DNA of 19,342 nt from Cyanophora paradoxa CCMP329. Taxonomy: Eukaryota; Plantae; Glaucophyta. The stretch spans positions 1 to 19,342 of the forward strand of contig QPMI01000528.1 of NCBI GenBank assembly GCA_004431415.1, given 5' to 3'. How positions within the stretch are numbered: position 1 is the first letter of the stretch; every line of letters begins with the position of its first letter. The notes beneath the pieces are model-generated. The model was not told where the DNA came from. It saw only the letters and a list, made by a program, of their open reading frames with translations, and made no database searches. Below are positions 11,642 through 19,342 of the stretch, piece by piece. Both the position numbers and the translations under genes were made by a program.

Positions 11642-12477
11642 TCAATGAGCAGCTCCAGCTGGAATGAGTAAGAGAGTCCATTTAGATCCGCAATGTCCCC
11701 TCTCCATTTTCTGAGCGAGATTGTGAGCTTATCTAGGTCCAAAGGGTTGTGACATTCACGAAGGGAACACTCGAGCTAGGCTCACTGTAAAACGAATATT
11801 TACCAAAATCGGAATTCATTTGGATCCTTAGTAAATAGGAATCATCCGCAGGATTTTGCCTGCTAGTTGCTGCATTGAATTTCATAAATGTCTAAGCTCC
11901 TCTACATCTAAGTAAATGTAAGCCAGTGCATTAAAGTCGATCATTTTGGGGCAAACCAGTTGGTATCGGTCTTCAATTCCTGGTACATTATTGGTCTTGC
12001 TTCGGTTGTGCTTTGGTAGATAGTATCTGGTTCAATGCCAATACAGTCACAGAGTTCCGATCTGAGCTTTGAATTGTGAATTGATTGCTGGGCGATGTGA
12101 ATACAAGACGACTCATCCCTACATCTAAGAGAACTTTATATGCCTCAATTCCAAGCGGTTGAAAGTGCCCCACTAATCCCAGAATAGAATCTGTTCCCAA
12201 CGAAATATCTAGTGGAATCCTTCTCCTTCAGAATTAAGAGTATAATAATCGTTGATACTTGGGACAGGATCCAGAAAATGAAAGGCTGGAATGCTCAGGG
12301 GTTGATCGCTGCCAAGGGCAGTGATTGTGAGTTTCTGGTCCGGTGGAACAACATAGCAGCTGTTGGGATTTCCGCTGAGAGGATTCGGAATTTCCTTATA
12401 TTGCTGATGCGATTTTTGAGATGCAGAACCCCATCTTCGAGATCCCTGCTGTCGCAATTTATCGTGATTCTTTTCAT
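11638..12477 (-). CDS. Minor capsid (penton-like, single jelly-roll) protein, paralogue 2, frameshifted
   Basis: N-terminus MKRITINCDSRD..LKNRISNIRKFRILSAEIP; middle IDFNALAYIYLDVEEL; C-terminus LDKLTISLRKWRGDIADLNGLSYSFQLELLID*. These match the DSR..., YxYLxIxEL and LxxLxIxLxxxxGxxxDxNGxxxSFxLE motifs of PLV/NCLDV minor capsid proteins. Confidence 0.8.
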
Positions 12478-12493
12478 ACTTTATAATAGTAAG
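12478..12493. promoter_or_regulatory. 16-bp AT-rich spacer between divergent penton genes (candidate bidirectional promoter core)
   Basis: CAT-ACTTTATAATAGTAAG-ATG. Confidence 0.5.
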
Positions 12494-13400
12494 ATGAAAG
12501 AATATCTAAGCTTCTCTAGCGATGAGCGAGACCCCGATTACACAGAACCGAACAGCTATGTAATTACCTTACCCAGGCGTTACGATAATGTAAAATCGGT
12601 TCGGCTCGTTCAGGCAACAGTTCCCAATGTCATTTCAATGTGTCCAAAGATATGATAAAACTGGAGCAGATGTGAATCGAATGGACATCTATTTTTCGGT
12701 CACATCCGCTGATTCAGGCTTTATTACCATAACATTCCCAAAGCCCACTACACAAAAGATTCTGTGGCGGAGAAGATAACAGAACTACTCGAGGCCGCTC
12801 GGTCTCAAGTTTTGGAGGCATCTATATAAATGCCGGTACAATCATACTGTAAAATGCTATGAATTTTTCAGTAATGCTAATTTCTGGTTCCGATTCACAC
12901 TTGCTTCAGCTGATTCTCTCAAGCAATCCCGATTCAGGTCCACTGTAAATCGAAAACTCCAGTTCTTTGGTTTTAATCGATCATTGCCTATTCCGGTGAA
13001 CTGTTTACTCCTCCTGCCTCGGATACATTCTTAGTCTCTGGTGGCATCACACTGAATAGACGCATTCGAGGCTTCACAGTGGAGATGAAACACCAGAAAT
13101 CCATGCTCTGGCTCTACATCGATGAATTTGCTCCATTTATCCGGTCAGTTAATAAATATGTGGATGGCTACTTCATGAGAATCCCGATCCCTCAAGAGCT
13201 TGAGCATGGATCAATTTACCATTTCGATACATCAGTTACTGTCCCCTTGTCCGAGAATTTAGAGAATTAAGTCGTTTGATCGCTTGACAATCAAACTTAT
13301 TGATCACGATGGGAAGCTTCTCGATTTTGGAGCCTGGCAGCATTATTTCACCTTCGAAATCGAAACCTACGATGCCCCTCCGCAAATGAATTTCTATTGA
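12494..13400 (+). CDS. Minor capsid (penton-like) protein, paralogue 1, frameshifted
   Basis: MKEYLSFSSDERDPDYTEPNSYVITLPRRYDNVKSVRLVQATVPN; IPKAHYTKDSVAEKITELL; LWLYIDEF..YFMRIP; C-terminus DRLTIKLIDHDGKLLDFGAWQHYFTFEIETYDAPPQMNFY* (TGA 13398-13400). Lies directly upstream of the MCP. Confidence 0.85.
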
Positions 13401-13453
13401 TTCGCTAAATTATTTTCTACTGCGAAAGTAGAGACTAACCCGCTCACTTCACC

Positions 13454-14770
13454 ATGGAAACAAATTCGCAATTCCAGCGCCAACCTCAAGTCTATGCTTA
13501 CAACCGATGATTACAAGGATTTCTTCTAAACAAATCCTTGTCATCGGTACCTCTTCAGGAACCAAGCCCCTTCGAGTCCAGGTTGCTCCAGATACCGAGC
13601 CTTCCAATGCCCTTGGCAACCGAGTCGTTTTCAAGATCCCTCGCTACCATTTCCTCAATGCATAGCCCTTCAACTCGATCTGAACCCAATGGTGTTCGGT
13701 GAAAGCAACCTTTCAGGAGGCAATGCTGCTGCCTCTACTGGTTACCTCCGTGTAATCGGTTCGCTCATCAAGCGCATGGAGATTTCCCATGGTGCTTTCC
13801 GCTATGTTGTCCCAGAGGATTTCGTCACCCAATATTTCCTTCTCACAACCGAGACTGGTGATTTAGACAGACGCCTTCGTTATGTTGGTGGAGTAGTAGG
13901 AACTAACTATCATGGCAATACAAACGGTGGAACCTATGAGATCGATCTGCCTTCACCCTTTGAGAAGGCTATGTTCCCACTTTGCGCTATGAACTCTGAG
14001 ATAGTTGTTGAAATGAGTTCAGAATGTAACTGATGGTATTATTGAAGACACAGATGGCAAACAGACATTGCAATTGCTGGAAGCTCTCTCAAAGTCCTCA
14101 AGCCCAGACTTGTCTGCAAGGTTGTCAATGCTGATGAAGCGGTTGTATCTGAAACAATTGCCAGAGTCAAATCCACTGGCATTGCCATCCCCTATAATGA
14201 GATTGGCTTCCTTCACACTGATTTCACCCCTACTGCCTCTGGCGCTCGTGTCAACCTTTCTCAGCTTACAGGCGCTGGTTTTAATCCACACTCTTGCATT
14301 CTCAGTTCGACACTCGCTAAAGTGCGAACTAATAATGGATCTGCATCAGTCCTTCGTCCAACTGCGCTTCGTACCAATGCTGTCAATTTCTATGTTGAGC
14401 TGAACAACAATCGCCTCTACTCCAACACTGAACTACCTCTTTTGGTCGCTTCATCGGAACTCCAAGATAAATATGGCGCTGCTCTCTCTGCTGATGACTT
14501 GGCTTTTCCTGCTCTTTCAGGTATCTCTTCGGTGCTGGCAATGGCAAAGCTGCCCTCCTTAACCAGGAGCAAACAGGCTATGTTGATGCCACAGGAACAT
14601 CAGCCTTTGATATTGTGTTTGGATTCAATGCAATTACTGCCGCAGGTGATCCTGGTAACACCGAATGGTACGCAGGCGGAAGCTATCAAAAAATGTACCT
14701 CCAATGCATGGCTCTCGCTCACAATATCCTCATTGTTGGAGCCGATGGTATTCGTCGCGTCAGTGCTTAA
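13454..14770 (+). CDS. Double jelly-roll major capsid protein (about 440 aa), frameshifted
   Basis: RVQVAPDTEPSNALGNRVVFKIPRYHFLN; LIKRMEISHG; YEIDLPSPFEKAMFPLCAMNSEIVVEM; FYVELNNNRLYS; C-terminus YLQCMALAHNILIVGADGIRRVSA* (TAA 14768-14770). These resemble the FxIPR, LPxxF..PLxA..EI and YNxLxI motifs of DJR MCPs. It sits between the penton and the ATPase. Confidence 0.85.
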
Positions 14771-14820
14771 ACTGATGACCAGAGTCAGTCTTATTTTTCT
14801 CTCGTTTTTATAGTGAAAAC

Positions 14821-15662
14821 ATGTCCGAACTAGAAGAGTTTGATGCCTTCTCCATGATAGAACCCCCTTTCAGGGCAATCTTCATTGGGCGCTCCAACAC
14901 TGGTAAATCAGAAGCTTGTCTGTACTGGATTAAACAGCTTCACGATGCAAAAAAGATCGATGCCGTAATTGTGGTGACTGGTACAAAGTTCAATAATTTC
15001 TGGAATCCAGTCACCCCAATGGTACTCGATGGCTGGATCCCGTTTTCATACGCAAGCTGCTGGATGCAAGGCAGCAAAAGATTGCTGCAGGCGGAAAAGT
15101 GAATGAGTTATTAATTGTTTTGGATGATTTGATCGACAATGAGCATGTGGATCTCCATAAAGATAAAATGATTGCATCCCTGTACACGAGGGTCGCCATT
15201 CCCATATAAGCATCATGGTTATTACCAAAAAATGCGAAAGCTTTCCAGTACAATTCGAGTGAACACTGAGTACACTTGCATTCTCAATGCCAGCAATCGC
15301 TTGGAGCTGCTCGCAATCGAGGAAGAATATAACACAGGTCCAAAGATGATTTCTTCAAGCTTTTCAAGGAGTATGTGCATTCTTATCAGTACCTTGTGGT
15401 TTCTTCCGCTGGGTATGATACATCCATGTATGTAGATAAAGCAACACTGGTGAGGGACTTCAATTCCCGAGGTTCCACAAGGGGGTGCAATTGTATGAGG
15501 AAAAGAAACGCAAGGCAAAAGAGGGTGAAGCCCAAAAAGAACCAACTTGCAAGGATTCAAAAACAATTTGCAAAACTTTGTCGAAATTTGAACAAGAGCT
15601 TGAAGTATTCCGATCTTTCCCAAATTTCGCCAAAACAAAAAGAAAATGTTGCTAAAAGTTAA
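14821..15662 (+). CDS. A32-like (FtsK-HerA superfamily) genome packaging ATPase, frameshifted; C-terminal end uncertain
   Basis: Walker A GRSNTGKS (14887-14910), Walker B LLIVLDD (~15108-15128), LYTRGRH arginine motif (~15180-15199), ISIMVITQ and IRVNTEY motifs, all in canonical order after 1-bp corrections. Confidence 0.93.
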
Positions 15663-15674
15663 ACGAAGGTAAAG

Positions 15675-16358
15675 ATGGTTTATCGCAAGAAGCCCAAACC
15701 CGTTCAAGCTTTTGCCTCTGGCAATCCCAATCAAGCCCAGCAAGAATCCGGTCTCACCTCTGGTGGTGGCAATGAGATGCCCGAGTACCTTATCGATACC
15801 AACCCAGATGTTGTAGCCAAGGAAGAGGCCATTATTGCTGACGCAGTTTCCAACAAAGGAAACACAGACAGTGGTAAACGACAGGTGGAAGATATGACCG
15901 AAGCCAAATCCCAGATTGCCGGTGGAACCCCTGATGCAAACACAGACAAGGTCATCAAAGCCCAGGTCACTGCCACCCAGCAGAAAACCAAAGATGTCCC
16001 CCAGGTTGCTGAATCGGAACTCAAGAAACGAGGTCCCTATCAAAAACACACAGTACCTTCGGAGGTTGTTATGAATTTTGAGGAAAAAGTACGAAACCTT
16101 GAAATGAAAGTAGCAAACTACGAAAAGTGGGTTCAAAACTACGAGGAGCGAAAATCTATGAAAAATTTGGTTAAAAAGGAAATTTCGAAACTCGGATTGA
16201 AATCAAAGGTCGATGTTGAAGAAATTAAAAAGGAGGATAAGACAGATACACAGGCTGCAACTCGCCAGCAAAATGTTGCCCCGCAGTACACCCACATCGT
16301 TCCGACAGCCCCACCCAATTATGCATCGATGCTTGGTGGAAAGCGAATTGTTCGCTAA
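15675..16358 (+). CDS. Hypothetical protein (227 aa), hydrophilic with a coiled-coil-like segment; possibly a core or scaffold protein
   Basis: Intact ORF with the same codon style as the MCP. Heptad-like FEEKVRNLEMKVANYEKWVQNYEERKSMKNLV. No recognised family. Confidence 0.7.
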   Translation: MVYRKKPKPVQAFASGNPNQAQQESGLTSGGGNEMPEYLIDTNPDVVAKEEAIIADAVSNKGNTDSGKRQVEDMTEAKSQIAGGTPDANTDKVIKAQVTATQQKTKDVPQVAESELKKRGPYQKHTVPSEVVMNFEEKVRNLEMKVANYEKWVQNYEERKSMKNLVKKEISKLGLKSKVDVEEIKKEDKTDTQAATRQQNVAPQYTHIVPTAPPNYASMLGGKRIVR

Positions 16359-16534
16359 TGCCTGTGAATGTCAGCAAGGCATAATTTAACCGGTCCGTAT
16401 TTCGATCGAGTTTTAATGTGGACACCTTTGCAGAATGGGCAGGTTGGCTCTGTGAAAAGTATGATGAGATCCACCAGCTCGTATGGGAACAAACGAGCCA
16501 GCAGCAGTCTCATTTACTCTACATGACTAAATAA
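16358..16534 (+). CDS. Small hypothetical protein (about 58 aa), frameshifted near its start
   Basis: TAATG stop/start overlap with the upstream gene. Open frame NRSVFRSSFNVDTFAEWAGWLCEKYDEIHQLVWEQTSQQQSHLLYMTK*. Confidence 0.4.
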
Positions 16535-16547
16535 TTATATGCATACG

Positions 16548-17087
16548 TTAGCAAATGGATTGCATCTCTGAATAATAGAGATGTTTACGTTTCATCTGCG
16601 GGGTCACTGCCAGCAGGGCTGCTGTGATGTTGAAGTGAGTGTTGGTGTGAACAGCGAACCGAATTCTCGCAGGACTCTCTGGAGCCTGTTGAGGCGGAGG
16701 TCGATTGAAGGAGATCTGGAGCAGGTCCGTCTCAGTTTGAAGGGGATCCGCTTGGTCAATTCCTTTGGAACAACAAACGAACCTGGTCTTTCACGATGAT
16801 TGATTTTACTAAATTCACAACTGGCGAGAACTTGTAGATTACCAGGCAATCAGCAAAGCAAAATACGTGAACCACCCTAAGCCCCTCCTCCCTAATTCCC
16901 ATCCCTCTTTAGGTAGTTTCCAGGTAGTGAAAGTGTTATTCCTCGCTGATGCCTTTTCATTGGAGTAGAGTTTAAAGAATATGCCTTTTTGCGGTGCATT
17001 TAGCTGGTAGTACTGAAATAAATCTAGATCCTCTATAGGGACCTTGTAGTAGCGCTCTAAAGCAGTCTTGATTGCCGGTCGATCCAT
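16548..17087 (-). CDS. Hypothetical protein, probably frameshifted
   Basis: ORF 16839..17090 (MDRPAIKTALERYYKVPIEDLDLFQYYQLN..) and downstream frames fill the gap between convergent and divergent neighbours. No family recognised. Confidence 0.35.
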
Positions 17088-17090
17088 CAC

Positions 17091-17157
17091 AAAAATGACT
17101 TAAGATAATCCGCTACTTAAATTAGAGAAAATAATTTTCTAAGCCCTTAAGTAGAGA
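17091..17157 (+). promoter_or_regulatory. Upstream motif pair AAAAATGACTTAAG and TTTTCT-N8-AAGTAG before the AT-hook gene
   Basis: The same 14-mer recurs at 17650-17663. TTTTCT-N7/8-AAGTA recurs before the pPolB-like and MCP genes. Confidence 0.55.
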
Positions 17158-17550
17158 ATGTCGGATTCAGAGAAAGCCCCAGCGACCGCTGAAGTTAAGC
17201 CAAGAAGCGCTACCAATTGACCCCGAGCAGAAAGAAGCGAGAAACCAGAATACCGCGAGCGGTACCACAGTGATCCCGAGATTCAGAGCCAAAGAGCTGG
17301 CGGATCGCAGAGCAAGATACGAGAGATCAAGGATAAATACCTCGAGAAAATGGCGGTCCAGAAACAGCAAAAATACGAAATCGATGCGGAGTTCAGAGAG
17401 AAAAAGAAGGCCCAAATCGCTGGCATACTACCACAGAAAGCATGCAGAGAAGTTGGCCGCTATGCAGCGGGAGTAGCTCCTGAGAAAGCAGAGCCAGCAA
17501 TCCCTTCGAAAACCGGAAGACCCCGCAAGTACAACAAGGAATCGCAATGA
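17158..17550 (+). CDS. Small basic helical DNA-binding protein with a C-terminal AT-hook (about 130 aa), frameshifted
   Basis: Joined frames: MSDSEKAP..RNQKYRERYHSDPEFRAKE..KYEIDAEFREKKKAQSLAYYHRKH..KTGRPRKYNKESQ*. Contains two Y-x-x-D-[PA]-EFR-x-K repeats and GRPRK (17515-17529). Confidence 0.7.
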
Positions 17551-17592
17551 ATCGTGAGAGACAGACCGATATGTATATTTTTTATGTACAGG

Positions 17593-17742
17593 ACCGATTA
17601 ATCGGTTTTGTATCGTGGGGAGAAAATTTGATTTGTCCCGTGGGGACCAAAAAATGACTTAAGGAAAAGCCACATAGGTTAATTAACGAAAGGGGGAATT
17701 TACCCTATCTGGCAAAAATATTTTCTTGGCATAAAGTAAACA
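17593..17742 (+). promoter_or_regulatory. Intergenic regulatory region before the pPolB-like gene
   Basis: Perfect palindrome ACCGATTAATCGGT (17593-17606), AAAATTTGATTT (~17623-17634), hairpin GTCCC-GTG-GGGAC (17635-17647), AAAAATGACTTAAG (17650-17663), TTTTCT-N7-AAGTAA (17721-17739). Confidence 0.5.
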
Positions 17743-19342
17743 ATGCTCGCGCAAGTTACAAGAGAAGAAAAACCTTGAAAGCGAAAGCGGTCGAATTGAT
17801 TAACCTCGGTATCCAGCGGAGCTGCTCACCAAGAGAACCGCTGATGCATTATTGCGCAAATTCTCAGGAACTTCCAAGGTTCCCGAAACCATGCTCGAGC
17901 TGTACCTCAAAACATTCAGTCAATTTTCGATACAGAGCGACCTGCAAGGATATACCCTGCAATCGCTGCTGGGGGTTCGCCAGGCTGCATTTGATCGAGA
18001 GGTCGGTCGCATTGGGGCCAATTGAGGCTGAACCTCCGAGACCCCGAGAGAACAGCAGCTGAATCAATTTTCCGGCAGATTGCCCAGTTTCCCGACGATG
18101 CTGTTTCCGGGTCACTTTCAAGCTCTGGCCGAAATTAATGCTGAACCCACTGGTCGTGCGAGGATCAGCCACTCCGCTTTGAAGGTCGCATGTACCGACC
18201 CCTAAAAAGGGCTTCGATCACAATTCCGTAAGGATGCTGCGACAATTGCCCGTGATGTTTCGTTACAAGGTTCGTGCTGAACCAGAGACACTATATGGTC
18301 GCTGATTTCCTGTATGTTGTTGAGACCGTATTTAGGCTGATCGACTTGCAAGCGAAATTCAGCATTGGTACGATTATTTTGCGGAAATTCACGAAATCGT
18401 TCTGGTGGAGGCTCAGGCTGAGGAGGAAGCCAGGAAGCCGTTCAAGAAGAATTTCTCGATGAGGAACTCGAAGAATCGATGCGATTGTACCGCAGCTGTG
18501 AGCCAGTACATTAATTACGATCTCAATCCCGAGGCGAAATCGATCGAGGAATTAATCATCAAGCCTGCTTCCGGAAAATCGAATGCCTGTGTCTACGATT
18601 ATGCTGATCTCATTGTACTCTCGTTCAATGGAAGCTTGTCACAGAAACAGGAAGTACAAGGACATTGAGATGACCTACGAGGTCTGTATCGATTTTTCCA
18701 CGGAAAGGAATATACTGAGGGAGCCTCTATGTCCCTCACTCTGAGGCAGCTCCGAAAATTCGCGGATCGTTGCAGGCTGGGATTCCGTGTTTATTCGGAG
18801 GATAACAAGCTCAAGTACAGATACCCACAGGGAGAGATGCCCGTTAATAAGGATCTGCATCCGCAATGCATGAATTTCATGGTACACAATAACCACGTTT
18901 ACTGCTACAACGATAACATCAAAGCCCTCGAGAAGAATTTCAAGAAAATGGACCTGGAAACCGAAAACCCAACCGAAGCTTCGCTGAACTCATCCTATCA
19001 AATCACAGAGACCAAACAATACGATATGTTCGCCCACACACCTGCTGATCTGCTCAAGATTGCGACCATGGGATTGAAAGCTGATAAGGAGAAAGCTACA
19101 GTCCGAATCGTTTACACTGGGTCCATGGATGAGCTTCTGTTCACTTTCTTGGATCGCCTTCAATACGAACCAAAGCTCGGAATGAAAGGGGACAGATCAA
19201 AACCCTGATCTTCAAAGCGAGTGGAATATTCTTTTCCGTATTTAATCCCTCGGTTTCTGATCACATGGTACAGTGTGAGTTCGAGACTGAGGCTTACTAC
19301 AAAAAGGTCCAATCCATTCGTCAAGAATTCAAGGAAGCCCTG
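17743..19342 (+). CDS. Probable N-terminal part of a protein-primed DNA polymerase B or replication protein (terminal-protein and vOTU-like region), frameshifted, continuing beyond the window
   Basis: Long coding stretch from ATG 17743 to the window end. NACVYDY (~18582-18602) and FMVHNNHVYCYND..IKAL (~18875-18930) resemble the Cys and His motifs found upstream of the polymerase domains in PLV/polinton pPolBs. Exonuclease and polymerase motifs are not in the window. Confidence 0.55.

Larger units (their letters stand above)
1..19342. mobile_element. Polinton-like virus (PLV) genome segment; free versus endogenous state cannot be determined
   Basis: Compact intronless cluster of a DJR major capsid protein, two penton-like minor capsid proteins, an A32-type packaging ATPase, a patatin lipase, fibre genes and a probable pPolB N-terminus. 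Intergenic spacers are very short and AT-rich. No rve integrase or adenain protease is seen, which favours PLV over Polinton/Maverick or classical virophage, although these genes could lie outside the window. Confidence 0.85.

Noticed and set aside
14068-14403. Leu/Ser-rich ORF that looks like a membrane protein
   Set aside because: It is an off-frame reading inside the major capsid gene.
15222-16136. 304-aa minus-strand ORF
   Set aside because: It is the antisense shadow of the ATPase and the 227-aa gene; its F/L/G-rich composition mirrors K/E/Q codons on the plus strand.
16358-16534. Erv1/Alr sulfhydryl oxidase resemblance (possible PCEC and WLCEKYDEIH)
   Set aside because: It has only CxC and only after a frame fix, lacks the HNxVN motif and is too short.
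1-19342. Tailed bacteriophage or prophage, giant-virus fragment, or Maverick/virophage assignment
   Set aside because: No terminase, portal or consistent Shine-Dalgarno sites are seen. The tight penton-MCP-ATPase-pPolB clustering fits a small PLV rather than an NCLDV. No integrase or maturation protease is present in the window, though they could lie outside it.
1-19342. Programmed frameshifting, introns or an alternative genetic code as the cause of broken ORFs
   Set aside because: Breaks are ubiquitous 1-bp indels, mostly in homopolymers, rather than in-frame stops, splice-bounded inserts or conserved slippery sites.

Overview
The window is most of a Polinton-like virus (PLV; Preplasmiviricota, a small eukaryotic dsDNA virus with a double jelly-roll capsid). 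Nearly every gene is split by 1-bp indels, mostly in homopolymer runs, which look like uncorrected long-read errors, so the ORF track fragments the real genes. All reconstructions below were made by hand by joining frames. From left to right: (1) a very large modular fibre-like gene on the minus strand (<1..6251) with LamG/ConA-like domains and a hierarchical 78/156/312-nt tandem repeat; (2) a second large minus-strand gene (~6248..9714) ending in a Pro/Thr/Asp stalk and a transmembrane-like helix; (3) an S-adenosylmethionine decarboxylase (SpeD-like) proenzyme; (4) a patatin phospholipase fused to an F5/8 type C (discoidin) domain; (5) two head-to-head minor capsid (penton-like) paralogues; (6) the major capsid protein; (7) an A32/FtsK-HerA packaging ATPase; (8) a few hypothetical genes; (9) an AT-hook DNA-binding protein; (10) the 5' part of a probable protein-primed DNA polymerase B running off the right end. 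No integrase, adenain-type maturation protease or terminal inverted repeat is visible in this window. The most notable items are the AdoMetDC and the cluster of fibres, membrane-anchored protein, lipase-discoidin fusion and two pentons, which may form an attachment and entry module.
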